Virus record (IMG/VR): IMGVR_UViG_3300042896_000283
Span: 32,001 to 96,000 of that record
DNA: 64,000 bases
Reading direction: 5' to 3' (one strand)
From: a virus
The position numbers were made by a program, and so were the translations under genes. The first letter of the stretch is position 1. Every line of letters starts with the position of its first letter. Below are positions 1 to 9,601 of this stretch, in pieces. Under the pieces are notes generated by a model. That model had not been told where the DNA came from, did no database searches, and saw only the letters and a program-made list of their open reading frames with translations.

Positions 1-186
1 GATGCAGCTAAGTATAAGAAATACACAGGCATATTTGCACATGTGTTTGAACTTAGTCATCCAGCATCTGCAGCTTATAAAGGAGCAGAATGGGATACAG
101 AAGGAGTGTTCAGTAAAGTGGATATATTATTAGAAGAAAACAATGGGTTCACAGTGCAATGGTTGCCTGTAGATATGCCCTTTTAA
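1..186 (+). CDS. ung: Uracil-DNA glycosylase, C-terminal part (gene starts upstream of window)
   Basis: Frame 1 reads ...FELSHPASAAYKGAEWDTEGVFSKVDILLEENNGFTVQWLPVDMPF*, resembling the family-1 UDG C-terminus (HPSPLS...FSK.N..L...G...I.W). Confidence 0.7.
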   Translation, partial: DAAKYKKYTGIFAHVFELSHPASAAYKGAEWDTEGVFSKVDILLEENNGFTVQWLPVDMPF

Positions 187-198
187 ACAATTAAAATT

Positions 199-456
199 AT
201 GGAAAATCAAATTATTAAAGTTGACAACCTACTTGTAGGTGATGAAGTTATTTATGGATGTGGTAGTGATCTTAGAAGAATAAGAATCATAAGACCTCTT
301 GTAGTAGCTAAAACTAGAAGTTGGGGTGGACACTATAGTAGTACTAAAGTGGAAGTCCTAAATGCACATGATTTAAATGACAATACAGTAGTAAGAACAA
401 TATACCTAGATCTTAATTATAGAGGTCTTTGGTTGATAAAAAGAACAGCAATTTAA
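199..456 (+). CDS. Hypothetical protein
   Basis: 85-aa ORF, A-rich start context, co-directional with neighbours. Confidence 0.6.
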   Translation: MENQIIKVDNLLVGDEVIYGCGSDLRRIRIIRPLVVAKTRSWGGHYSSTKVEVLNAHDLNDNTVVRTIYLDLNYRGLWLIKRTAI

Positions 457-467
457 AATTATAAAAA

Positions 468-2765
468 ATGATATTAGAAAAACAAAAAGAAGCAAATGTC
501 CTAGAAGAAGGACAATCACAAGAATCAATTGGAATGTCCCTAGACTTAGATTCTGCTCAGATATTGATGCAGATGTTAAGTAAGAATTTATATTCTGATG
601 ATATAGGCTCTGCTATCAGAGAATGTGCAAGTAATGCATTAGATAGCCATAGAAGAGCTGGAGTGGACACTCCTATAATTGTTTCATTTAAAGCATCTAC
701 TGCTAATAACTATGAGTTTTGTGTAGAAGATTTTGGTATAGGCTTAGATGCTGATGATGTGAGAAACATTATTAGTAAATATGGTAAATCTACCAAAAGA
801 AATTCTACAACAGAATTAGGTATGATGGGTCTTGGTTTCAAGGCTCCTCTAGCTTATAGTTCTAGTTTCTACTTTGTATGTAGAAAAGATGGAATGGAAC
901 GCAAGTACATGATGTATGAAGGAGAAGATACTAACACTATTGATCTTTTATATGAAAAGGAAACAACAGAATCTAATGGTGTAAAAATCATTATTCCTGT
1001 TAAGTATTCTGATAGATGGCAGTTCCAAAAGAAAATCAAAGAGCAACTTTGTTATTTCGAAAGTGTATATTTTGATGTACCAGAAGATTCTAAAATTACT
1101 AATGATTTTGTAATCTCTAGACATCCACACTTTCAATTCTCTGAAATGTCTACAGATACTAATTTACACATATGTTTAGACAATGTGTATTATCCTTTAG
1201 ACTTTGAGAAACTTGGTATTGATAGAATTCAATTTCCTATAGGTCTTAGATTTTCATTAAGTGATGGAATTTATCCAACACCAAATAGAGAATCTTTGAG
1301 ATATACACAAGAAGCTAAGCAGATTATTATGGCTAAGCTTGGTCAAGTGGGAGATTATTTTGTTACTAAGTATAATGATGCTGTCAATGATGGAAGTGAC
1401 ATTAAATCTATGGTTAATCACCTTGAGAAGAATGGACATTATGTTGAAATGGGTGATGGTACTAAATCTAGAATTGATGAGTTTATTAAATTCTCCACTA
1501 TAAAACCTACTGTTCCAGTATTAGAAGGAATAAATCTATTAAACTTTCCTTCTTTGTACAAAACATATAAGCAAAACATTCTTGTAGATCCATTTCCTGT
1601 TAGATATTCATTGAGATATAAAAGAATGTCTGATGCTGATAAAGGTTATGTGTGGGGATATAACTTAGAAAGTGTGTGTAATGGAAATGCTAATGTTTGG
1701 ATATATAATGATAGAATTCCTCAGATCAAGAAAGACTTCCTAAGAGCTACATGTAAAGAAAGTGAATATAACTTTCTTGTTAAAAGAGCTGCACCTATGA
1801 AACTAGGAATTCCTGCTAAATTTGATCTTAAAACTTATTATCACTTATTAAAACTTGATAGATTTCCAAAAGAACAATGGAGAGATGTTATAAAAGAATA
1901 TCAACACATCATGTCTATGGTTGAAGAAAACTTTATAGATCTTGATTCAATTGAGGTTCCACAAGATTTTATTGACAGTAAGAAAAAAGCAAAGATTAGT
2001 AAAGCTGGTATAGCTAGTGCTAAAAGACTAAAGCTGCAGGGAGAAATAGTTTGTAAGAAAGGTGTTGACTTAATGAGATGGAATGATGGAAGAAAGTGTA
2101 AGTTTGATTCTCAAATCTATAAGTTAGAAGATCTTCATAAGGGTAAAGGATTAAAGGTGTATACTCATCATGAGGACTTCTTGAAACTTGATCCTTTATA
2201 TGGAATGATGGGAAAACAAAAGATGGAAGTGATTACATTCTCTAGTAGAGAACTAAAGATTGTAGAACAATTAAACATACACAATTTAATATCTTACGAG
2301 AAATTTATGGAAGGTAAAACAGTACCATTCAAAAGAATGATTACATCAGTATTAATTCATGAGATGATGGCTCTTTATTCAAGTACTTTTAGTAAAATTG
2401 ATACTATAAGATTTGTATCTACTGATTTAGCTGATAAACTAGATAGATTAACTAAATATAAAAGAGATAACTATGTAGAGACAAATCATGAATTAAGAAA
2501 AGCAATGTTAGAAGTGGCTTTAGAGCACAGATTGTTTGATCCACAAATTCATGCAGAGTATTTAGAGATGCTAGACCTATTTGAAAAGCTTACATTCTTG
2601 AATCCTGTATGTGGAAGATTAGGTTACACTAATCCTGAAGATCCAATGATCCAAGTAATGATTGATTTGTTTAAGTATTACAAGCATAGAGTGGATTTAA
2701 AGCACTATAATATCAAAATCAATGATGAAGTGCTTACAGAAGAAACAATAGATCAATTAACATAA
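468..2765 (+). CDS. rIIA: rIIA-like protein (GHKL/HATPase N-terminus)
   Basis: LYSD...AIRECASNALDSH, DFGIGL, STKRNS...LGMMGLGFKAPLAY GHKL motifs; followed by an rIIB-like gene. Confidence 0.88.
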   Translation: MILEKQKEANVLEEGQSQESIGMSLDLDSAQILMQMLSKNLYSDDIGSAIRECASNALDSHRRAGVDTPIIVSFKASTANNYEFCVEDFGIGLDADDVRNIISKYGKSTKRNSTTELGMMGLGFKAPLAYSSSFYFVCRKDGMERKYMMYEGEDTNTIDLLYEKETTESNGVKIIIPVKYSDRWQFQKKIKEQLCYFESVYFDVPEDSKITNDFVISRHPHFQFSEMSTDTNLHICLDNVYYPLDFEKLGIDRIQFPIGLRFSLSDGIYPTPNRESLRYTQEAKQIIMAKLGQVGDYFVTKYNDAVNDGSDIKSMVNHLEKNGHYVEMGDGTKSRIDEFIKFSTIKPTVPVLEGINLLNFPSLYKTYKQNILVDPFPVRYSLRYKRMSDADKGYVWGYNLESVCNGNANVWIYNDRIPQIKKDFLRATCKESEYNFLVKRAAPMKLGIPAKFDLKTYYHLLKLDRFPKEQWRDVIKEYQHIMSMVEENFIDLDSIEVPQDFIDSKKKAKISKAGIASAKRLKLQGEIVCKKGVDLMRWNDGRKCKFDSQIYKLEDLHKGKGLKVYTHHEDFLKLDPLYGMMGKQKMEVITFSSRELKIVEQLNIHNLISYEKFMEGKTVPFKRMITSVLIHEMMALYSSTFSKIDTIRFVSTDLADKLDRLTKYKRDNYVETNHELRKAMLEVALEHRLFDPQIHAEYLEMLDLFEKLTFLNPVCGRLGYTNPEDPMIQVMIDLFKYYKHRVDLKHYNIKINDEVLTEETIDQLT

Positions 2766-2767
2766 TT

Positions 2768-2795
2768 AACAGAGGGACATTCGTGTCCCTCTGTT
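2768..2795 (+). terminator. 12-bp hairpin with TTCG loop between rIIA and rIIB (terminator or processing/stability hairpin)
   Basis: AACAGAGGGACA-TTCG-TGTCCCTCTGTT; only a short T tract follows. Confidence 0.6.
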
Positions 2796-2823
2796 TAACA
2801 ATTAACAATTAAATCAAATTAAA

Positions 2824-4356
2824 ATGGAACACAAATTTTTAAGTCTTGACTGGTTCAAGAACAGAGTAGAGAATTCAATTGACAGAGTGATTGCTAATAA
2901 GATAGAAAATCTTATAGAAGAACCAACTGTTAAAGAACAGAAGATATATGAAAAACCATATGTTGCTATCAAATTGGTAAATGACACACTTACAGTGGTG
3001 TTAGCAGATGGATCTATTATCAGTAAGCCTGGTGCTACAGAAGATGATTACTATGCTGTTCAATCAGCAAGAGATATATATGAGATACATGCTGTTATAA
3101 GTTCTAAAGAAGTGAAACAAGATGTAGAAGACATGAGAGCTGAAGCAACAAGAATACACGCTCTTCAACAAGGAATTGGACTACTTGGTAAACTTGATGA
3201 TTTTACTATAGATGGTAATTCTGTATATCTTGCAGGTACATCTAGAAGTATGCCTCAATTATTAGTGGAGAAATTCATTGAAATAGTTGATAGAGTGGGA
3301 GAACAAGTAGTTGATGATAAAACTTTTGAAGAAGCATTAAATGAAGATGATGATTATCTAGCTCATAAGAACTTCTTTATGTGGTGTTGTCTTAATCCTA
3401 GAGCTGAAGTGGCCAATGAGCTATATAGATTCTTAACAGACAATAGTTTCAAAATCACTAAACAAGGATTCTTTGTAGCTTTAAGAAATGTTGTAACTGT
3501 TCATGGATCTCCAGAACTAGTTCACTTCGTAAGTAATGCTTACAACAAGGTAAAAGCTGTATGGAAGAAGAATCCAGATAATTACACTATTTTCTTACAA
3601 GATGGTGAGTACAAACTTGTACATAATTCTGCATTAACAACTACTGAAACTCATACAACTACTACATGTCCAGGATGTCATGGTGATGGTGGATGGTATC
3701 ATGATGAATACATTAAAGATGAAGATGAATTTTATGACTGTGAAACATGTGATGGATCAGGAAAAGTAGAAGAATATAATACTACTGAGGAACAGTCTGT
3801 AGATCATGGAACTAAAATTGGTGGGTTAACAGAACTGTATTTAGATCTTCCTAATAGAGAAGAAAATAGATTCACTGATAACTGGACCAAAACATTTGAT
3901 ATCCGTGTAGGACAAGTGGTTAGTATGCCTAAAGAAGAATGTAACTGGAGTACACAAGATTGTGCTACAGCAGGTCTTCACTTTGCTGGTTATACAGCTC
4001 CTTATGTTCTTTGTGGTGATACCACTGTTATGACTCTTCATAATCCTATGAAAGTGGTTGGTATTGGTAGAGAGAAAGGTAGATGTTGGGAATATCTTCC
4101 ATTCATGTTGACCACTGTTAAAGAAGCAGATCAAATCATGAATGATAGAAGCTTTGATTTCTTACAATTAGATGAGCAATATGCTATCCGTGAATTAGAA
4201 TCTCTTGCAGAGAAAGCTAAAGAAGGATTTTCAGCTGAGTCTAGAAAGTATGAATTCAACATGCCAGGTATATCAGCTTCAGAGATTAACAATATTGTTA
4301 ATAGTCTTAGTGAAATGAAAGCCAAAATAACTAATCGTGTGATTACGATTAAATAA
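2824..4356 (+). CDS. rIIB: rIIB-like protein with inserted DnaJ-type Zn finger
   Basis: NP...ELYRFL...ITKQGFFVA, VGQVVSMP, CATAGLH, NPMKVV..KGRC motifs; downstream of rIIA; CPGCHGDG/CETCDGSG insert. Confidence 0.82.
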   Translation: MEHKFLSLDWFKNRVENSIDRVIANKIENLIEEPTVKEQKIYEKPYVAIKLVNDTLTVVLADGSIISKPGATEDDYYAVQSARDIYEIHAVISSKEVKQDVEDMRAEATRIHALQQGIGLLGKLDDFTIDGNSVYLAGTSRSMPQLLVEKFIEIVDRVGEQVVDDKTFEEALNEDDDYLAHKNFFMWCCLNPRAEVANELYRFLTDNSFKITKQGFFVALRNVVTVHGSPELVHFVSNAYNKVKAVWKKNPDNYTIFLQDGEYKLVHNSALTTTETHTTTTCPGCHGDGGWYHDEYIKDEDEFYDCETCDGSGKVEEYNTTEEQSVDHGTKIGGLTELYLDLPNREENRFTDNWTKTFDIRVGQVVSMPKEECNWSTQDCATAGLHFAGYTAPYVLCGDTTVMTLHNPMKVVGIGREKGRCWEYLPFMLTTVKEADQIMNDRSFDFLQLDEQYAIRELESLAEKAKEGFSAESRKYEFNMPGISASEINNIVNSLSEMKAKITNRVITIK

Positions 4357-4366
4357 TAATTAATAT

Positions 4367-4405
4367 AGTTATCCCATAAATATTTTATACATTTGTGGGA
4401 TAACT
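4367..4405 (+). promoter_or_regulatory. Bacteroidota-type -7 box TACATTTG (4388-4395) embedded in a 15-bp inverted repeat
   Basis: AGTTATCCCATAAAT...ATTTGTGGGATAACT; TAnnTTTG about 23 nt before the next ATG. Confidence 0.6.
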
Positions 4406-4418
4406 TAATTATAAACGT

Positions 4419-4808
4419 ATGGCAAAGAGAGTGTTAGTCCCAAAGACAAGATGTGCAGGTACCATGAGTGAAGCAGCCTTCTGGAGCTTCATAAGAAGTG
4501 CTTTGAGACAGAAGAGCAGATGGTGGAAACCTATATCAGTGTGTAAGTTAAATGCACGTAGAGATTACAAAGGAATTAGTAAAAGACAAAAATACGAATA
4601 CCAATGTAAGAAGTGCAAAACTTGGACTACTGAAAAGAATATTAACGTGGACCATATAATTGGTGCAGGAGCATTAAATTGTGCACAAGATCTTCCAGGA
4701 TTTGTAGAACGTTTGTTCTGTGAACAAGATAATCTGCAGGTGCTTTGTGTGAGCTGCCACGATAAGAAAACCTTAAAAGAGAAACAAGCTAAAAAGAAAA
4801 CATTATGA
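4419..4808 (+). CDS. HNH endonuclease-like protein
   Basis: CKKC, VDHI, NLQVLCVSCHDKKT. Confidence 0.8.
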   Translation: MAKRVLVPKTRCAGTMSEAAFWSFIRSALRQKSRWWKPISVCKLNARRDYKGISKRQKYEYQCKKCKTWTTEKNINVDHIIGAGALNCAQDLPGFVERLFCEQDNLQVLCVSCHDKKTLKEKQAKKKTL

Positions 4809-4963
4809 TAAAAGAACTTATAAGTAGACTCACTATGGTGAAAACAGATAAAGTGGGTACATATGACTTAATCAGTGGTAAAAGGCTTAGTTATTATCAA
4901 GACTATTATTTCCAAATATTCTTAGCAGAATCAAGATGGGGATACAGAATGAGAATCAAATGA
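4805..4963 (+). CDS. Small hypothetical protein (52 aa, not in ORF track)
   Basis: MIKELISRLTMVKTDKVG...RMRIK*; ATGA overlaps at both ends. Confidence 0.55.
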   Translation: MIKELISRLTMVKTDKVGTYDLISGKRLSYYQDYYFQIFLAESRWGYRMRIK

Positions 4964-5121
4964 GCAGGACTATCAAGAAAAAGAAAACTGGAGCTAAAGC
5001 TATTAGCCATAGCTGCAGAAACAATGGACCATGTGGTTGGTGCTTTGGTAATAGAATGTATAAACATTTAAAAAGAATGATCAATGGAAATACAAATAAT
5101 ACTGAACAGGATTCAGTGTAA
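4960..5121 (+). CDS. Small basic Cys-containing phage protein
   Basis: Likely start MSRTIKKKKTGAKA..SCRNNGPCGWC via ATGA overlap. Confidence 0.55.
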   Translation: MSRTIKKKKTGAKAISHSCRNNGPCGWCFGNRMYKHLKRMINGNTNNTEQDSV

Positions 5122-5491
5122 AAACTGTGGAGATGTACTTACATCATATAATAGACATGATTATAAAACATGTGGATGTGAGAATGAAACAATGGTAGAT
5201 GGTGGTACAGACTATCAACGCTATGGAGGAAAAGATCTTTCATTAGTAGATACAAGATCCACTGTATATCTATCAGATAATCATGAACTGAATAGAATTG
5301 CTGCACATTGGGGCAATAGAGGTAAAGATGGTAGAAGTCCTCTATCATATAAATCTATAGCTGATATGTCAAATACTCACATTATTAATATTCTTTTAGA
5401 CATGGGAGGTAAAATAATTCCTTGGATGGAAGATATTATGACTGAAGAATTATTATATCGTAAAACTAATAATATAACAATAGATGACTAA
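5084..5491 (+). CDS. Zn-ribbon phage protein
   Basis: NRIQCKNCGD...RHDYKTCGC...VDGG motif common in phages. Confidence 0.65.
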   Translation: MEIQIILNRIQCKNCGDVLTSYNRHDYKTCGCENETMVDGGTDYQRYGGKDLSLVDTRSTVYLSDNHELNRIAAHWGNRGKDGRSPLSYKSIADMSNTHIINILLDMGGKIIPWMEDIMTEELLYRKTNNITIDD

Positions 5492-5714
5492 CGCAATAAC
5501 AATCAATAAGACACCTGCATTTAATGAGGTGTGGCATGAAGGACACATAGAGCATGAAGGTAAATACCACTATTTCTGGTTAATACATCCTCAAGGATTA
5601 GATAATGGAGGAGAAGAATATGAACTAGAGGTGAGATGGTTCTTTGCTAGAGTACCAAGGGAGATACGAGCTTTGTATCCACAAATTATAGAAGCATTTA
5701 AACAAACGTTATGA
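5484..5714 (+). CDS. Hypothetical protein
   Basis: Overlap-coupled 76-aa ORF. Confidence 0.55.
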   Translation: MTNAITINKTPAFNEVWHEGHIEHEGKYHYFWLIHPQGLDNGGEEYELEVRWFFARVPREIRALYPQIIEAFKQTL

Positions 5715-6091
5715 ACATATTCAAAGTGATACCAATAGATGTGTATGGACATGATGTAGTTGTGTCTATAGGACAATCAGATGAAGATATATATGAACAT
5801 ATCAAAGAGAACATATCTAAGAAGAAGTTTGATAAGAAAATGACTAATCAAAAAAGTATAGCCACTACATTTAAACTAAAAACTGGATGTATTCTTATAA
5901 GATTTAAAGATGATATAGATAACCCAGGGATTGTAGCTCATGAAGCCTTTCATGCCATTGTATATCTATTTGAAAAGATAGGTATAGAGTTTGCATATGA
6001 ATCAGAAGAAGCTTATGCTTATTCATTAGAATATTTAACTAATCAAATTTTAAAAATCAAAGAAGATGCAAACATGGATATGGGAGAATGA
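5711..6091 (+). CDS. HExxH metallopeptidase-like protein
   Basis: IVAHEAFHAI...EEAYAY. Confidence 0.65.
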   Translation: MNIFKVIPIDVYGHDVVVSIGQSDEDIYEHIKENISKKKFDKKMTNQKSIATTFKLKTGCILIRFKDDIDNPGIVAHEAFHAIVYLFEKIGIEFAYESEEAYAYSLEYLTNQILKIKEDANMDMGE

Positions 6092-6230
6092 AAATCTCTT
6101 TATTATAAATAGAGAGTTACAACAATTAATAGATGATAAGATAGTGAAGACTGTTGTATCAATGTCTTTAGTACATGTACCTCATCCAAAAGAGATGTAC
6201 AAACATAGTGCAATATTAATATATAAGTAA
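6066..6230 (+). CDS. Small hypothetical protein (54 aa, not in ORF track)
   Basis: MQTWIWENENLF...AILIYK*; fills the gap in the operon. Confidence 0.45.
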   Translation: MQTWIWENENLFIINRELQQLIDDKIVKTVVSMSLVHVPHPKEMYKHSAILIYK

Positions 6231-6231
6231 T

Positions 6232-6387
6232 ATGATAAAATCACAATCTAAACCTGTAAAGTTTGTACCTTGTGATGAGAATTCACAAGTATATAGTTGG
6301 CAAAAGACCAATAAGAAATCTATGATGGTTCCTAAAAAGGAATTCCAAAGACAATTAAAACAATTTAAAATAAAAACATTCAGATGA
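6232..6387 (+). CDS. Small hypothetical protein (51 aa, not in ORF track)
   Basis: MIKSQSKPVKFVPCDE...KTFR*; ATGA overlap with the next gene. Confidence 0.45.
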   Translation: MIKSQSKPVKFVPCDENSQVYSWQKTNKKSMMVPKKEFQRQLKQFKIKTFR

Positions 6388-7436
6388 TAAAAGGAACAGC
6401 AAAAACAGAAGCTCAATATAGAGCAGTGCTTATGGATTCATCCAGTAGCCTAAAAGATTTCTCTCAAGACAGAAAGAAGTATTATAAGAAGTATTTCCTT
6501 GGAGAGAAAGTAGAAGATAAAGATAGCTCAGCAGCTAATATGGGACGCATTGTTGAAACCCTACTTATGGAACCACATCTATTTGATGATAAGTTCTATA
6601 TGTCATCTTGTATATCTACACCAACAGGACTTATGTTAGATTTTGTTGAAGCATTATATAGAGTGACAAGAGATGCTACAGATGAGAAAGGTAAGATTAC
6701 CAGAAACTTTTCAGATATATCATTAGAAGCTTATGAGAAATCAGGATTTAAGATTAAATATGAAGCTGTAATAGGTAAGTTTCAAGGAAGTGATGCAGAA
6801 CTATATTATAATGAAATTAGAATGGTTAGAAGTAAGAATCTAACTGTTGTGAATACATTAGAAATAACTATTGCTGAAAAGATTGTAGAACAACTTAAGA
6901 CTAATAGTGCAACAGCTCCAATTGTTAATCTTGTAAATAGCTCTAGATATGAAATCATAGATCAAATGCAAGTAGAAGGATATACAATTGATGGACATTT
7001 GTTCAAAAGTATGCTTGACAAAGTGATTATTGATCATGAGAAGAAGACTATCCAATCATATGATTTGAAATGTACATGGTCTGTAGAGAACTTCTATGAA
7101 GAGTATTACTTGTACAGAAGAGCGTACATCCAAGCGTACTTATATTATCATGCGATGCTACATCTAACTCTAGATCCAGAGAGTCCATATCATGAATATA
7201 AAGTGGAATATTTGAAGTTTATTGTATGTGACAGCACAAACTATTATCAACCTCTTATATATACATTAGATGTAGATGATATGTATTCTGCAAACAATGG
7301 ATTTGTACACAAAGGAAGAACTTATCCTGGTGTAAAAGAACTGATAGAAGCATTGAAATGGTGTAGAGAAACAAACACGTGGAACATAAGCCACAAAAAC
7401 TATTTATCTAATGGAATTGTAAATATCAAGGGATAA
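6384..7436 (+). CDS. PD-(D/E)XK exonuclease (RecE/DUF3799-like)
   Basis: SSSSLKDF, MGRIVETLLMEP, KSMLDKV...YDLK, YIQAYLY. Confidence 0.78.
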   Translation: MIKGTAKTEAQYRAVLMDSSSSLKDFSQDRKKYYKKYFLGEKVEDKDSSAANMGRIVETLLMEPHLFDDKFYMSSCISTPTGLMLDFVEALYRVTRDATDEKGKITRNFSDISLEAYEKSGFKIKYEAVIGKFQGSDAELYYNEIRMVRSKNLTVVNTLEITIAEKIVEQLKTNSATAPIVNLVNSSRYEIIDQMQVEGYTIDGHLFKSMLDKVIIDHEKKTIQSYDLKCTWSVENFYEEYYLYRRAYIQAYLYYHAMLHLTLDPESPYHEYKVEYLKFIVCDSTNYYQPLIYTLDVDDMYSANNGFVHKGRTYPGVKELIEALKWCRETNTWNISHKNYLSNGIVNIKG

Positions 7437-7438
7437 CA

Positions 7439-8005
7439 ATGGCAGTAAAGAAAACAATAACCAGCATCTTTATGGTGCCAACATTAAAATTTCCTAAAGA
7501 TTCTTTAAAGAATAATGGATTTATTAATGGATATATAAAAGATGATAGAAAAGATTCACAGTATGAAAATGCTGTGTATATTCTATTCAAACCTGATGAT
7601 CTAGATAAGTTCAGAGAGTTTTTAGATAATGAATATGAACGAACCAAAAACATAATAGAAGATTATGATTATGAAGATGGTTATGTTGTAGTGGTCTATA
7701 AACTTAATGAGAAATTCAAAAAAGATTATGAACTTGTTAGAGATGGTAAATATTCTCAGACATCAAAAATATTTCAAAATGAATTTCCAAAATCTGTTAA
7801 GATTATAAAATCAGGACTCAGTAAAGATGAATTAAGCTTACAAAGCAGAGTGTTTGCAAAGAGTAAAGATCTTATAGAATTCTGGGAAGAGAAGCTTGGG
7901 ATTACATTTCAAGATGATTATGAAGTGTGGGAAGGATTCGATGAATCAAAAGAAATTTTAGAACTTGATAAAATAAAAGAAATATGTGTAACAGAGAAAT
8001 CTTAG
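7439..8005 (+). CDS. Hypothetical protein
   Basis: 188-aa ORF tightly coupled to the exonuclease gene. Confidence 0.65.
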   Translation: MAVKKTITSIFMVPTLKFPKDSLKNNGFINGYIKDDRKDSQYENAVYILFKPDDLDKFREFLDNEYERTKNIIEDYDYEDGYVVVVYKLNEKFKKDYELVRDGKYSQTSKIFQNEFPKSVKIIKSGLSKDELSLQSRVFAKSKDLIEFWEEKLGITFQDDYEVWEGFDESKEILELDKIKEICVTEKS

Positions 8006-8187
8006 AAGCAATTATAGAAGAAGTAGGAACAGACAAAGCTGCAGAGTTTTGTCACTTAACTAGTTTAATGTATGATATTAAATATCAAGCATGTAAACAA
8101 AAAGAACCACTAACAGAATATGATTTTGAAAGAATCTGGTGGTTAGACGCAGGAATAGCATTAACTAAACAATTAACAATAGACTAA
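7984..8187 (+). CDS. Hypothetical protein
   Basis: 67-aa operonic ORF. Confidence 0.5.
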   Translation: MCNREILEAIIEEVGTDKAAEFCHLTSLMYDIKYQACKQKEPLTEYDFERIWWLDAGIALTKQLTID

Positions 8188-8188
8188 T

Positions 8189-8569
8189 ATGAAAGGATTA
8201 GAACTAATAGAAAAATATCCTCTAGCAGGTAAAGTAGTAAAAGAATGGTTCTTTAAATCAATGCTTGATTCATTTAAAGATGAAACAGTGCCAGATGAGT
8301 TTAAAGAATTCATGCTTGAGCAAGGAATAGAAGATGATAAGATAGGAATCTTAATAGATGTTAATCCTAGAATGTTATTTGATGTATTTGATGAAAATGA
8401 AATCTATTTAAACATATCTAGAATTGAAAATATATTTATGTGGTCATTAGCTCCAAATAAATTTTTAGATCCTAGAATATTTAACAGTAGAAAAGAAGCA
8501 GAATTAGCTTCTATAGGATCTGCATTTGAAATCTTAGAGAATAAACTCTCTGCAAAAGTAGAAGAATAA
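8189..8569 (+). CDS. Hypothetical protein
   Basis: 126-aa operonic ORF. Confidence 0.6.
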   Translation: MKGLELIEKYPLAGKVVKEWFFKSMLDSFKDETVPDEFKEFMLEQGIEDDKIGILIDVNPRMLFDVFDENEIYLNISRIENIFMWSLAPNKFLDPRIFNSRKEAELASIGSAFEILENKLSAKVEE

Positions 8570-8581
8570 TTAGGAATAACC

Positions 8582-8608
8582 AGGGAGATGATGTATATTT
8601 GTCTCCCT
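8582..8608 (+). promoter_or_regulatory. -7 box TATATTTG (8594-8601) embedded in an inverted repeat
   Basis: AGGGAGATGA-TGTATAT-TTGTCTCCCT; box about 22 nt before ATG 8624. Confidence 0.6.
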
Positions 8609-8623
8609 TAATTTAAAAAACAC

Positions 8624-8962
8624 ATGAGAACAAATAGAGAATTTAATGACAAGTATAAAGATTATTTAGAAGAAGGATATTATGGAATGGACATTAGTGA
8701 ACCTTCTGTAATTATATATGTAGATCAAATCTTTAATGATCTTACACAGATTCCTGGATTCAAATATGAGCAAATCAAAACTAAATATGGATTAGCTAAA
8801 GTGTATACAAATTTAGAAGAACTTCTTCCATTTGTAGGTAGAATTATAAACCAAGAACTTGAAGAGAAAATCAATTTTATTCTTAAAGTGGAATATGAGA
8901 TAGAGAACAGATTAAAAAGTTTAAACCTAGATAAAGATGGAAAAAATATTCAACCAGTATAA
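8624..8962 (+). CDS. Hypothetical protein
   Basis: 112 aa; QIKTKYG.AKVY motif resembles a common phage family. Confidence 0.6.
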   Translation: MRTNREFNDKYKDYLEEGYYGMDISEPSVIIYVDQIFNDLTQIPGFKYEQIKTKYGLAKVYTNLEELLPFVGRIINQELEEKINFILKVEYEIENRLKSLNLDKDGKNIQPV

Positions 8963-9176
8963 GAATATGTTAATCGTACATCCTAATTATCAAGGATATG
9001 TTTGCGGATATAATGACTCTCATATAATTTTAGCAATAGAAACTGATAGTAAGAATTTCTTTAGAAAACTACAGAATCCATACATTATGGAAGAATATAA
9101 AGATATTAAATATAGATATTCTTTTGAAGATGAAAGAGAACTTGTAAAACAATCTGCAAATGGAGATAGCAAATAA
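8937..9176 (+). CDS. Hypothetical protein
   Basis: 79-aa operonic ORF. Confidence 0.5.
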   Translation: MEKIFNQYKNMLIVHPNYQGYVCGYNDSHIILAIETDSKNFFRKLQNPYIMEEYKDIKYRYSFEDERELVKQSANGDSK

Positions 9177-9432
9177 AACTAAATATTATACCATTGAAGA
9201 AATATCAATCAAGTTAGGTATAAGTGATAAATCTACAATCAATAAAATATCAAAATTAGGTCTTAGGAAACATAGAACTATTGGTCCAAGAGGGAATGCT
9301 TTATATACAAAAGAACAATTTGATGTGATATGTGGGAATAGACAAATTCCTGATCTATTACATAATTATAATGAGGAACCGATAATAATTACTTATTATA
9401 TATATGAATCTAAAATGAATAGAGATGAATGA
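9160..9432 (+). CDS. Possible HTH DNA-binding protein
   Basis: YTIEEISIKLGISDKST HTH-like N-terminus. Confidence 0.5.
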   Translation: MEIANKTKYYTIEEISIKLGISDKSTINKISKLGLRKHRTIGPRGNALYTKEQFDVICGNRQIPDLLHNYNEEPIIITYYIYESKMNRDE

Positions 9433-9601
9433 AAAAGAATTTATTCAAGGAGTAGATTACTACTTAGAAGATGGAAGAATTCATTTCACTAAAGAGTATC
9501 TATTAAAGACTAAGAAACAATGCTGTGGAAATGTTTGTAGACATTGTTGCTACACAGAAAGAGTTAAAGGTAATACAGAATTAAGAAAAGATGCATCATA
9601 A
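9425..9601 (+). CDS. Small Cys-rich protein, DUF5522-like (58 aa, not in ORF track)
   Basis: MNEKEFIQGVDYYLEDGRIHFTKEYLLKTKKQCCGNVCRHCCY... Confidence 0.75.
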   Translation: MNEKEFIQGVDYYLEDGRIHFTKEYLLKTKKQCCGNVCRHCCYTERVKGNTELRKDAS

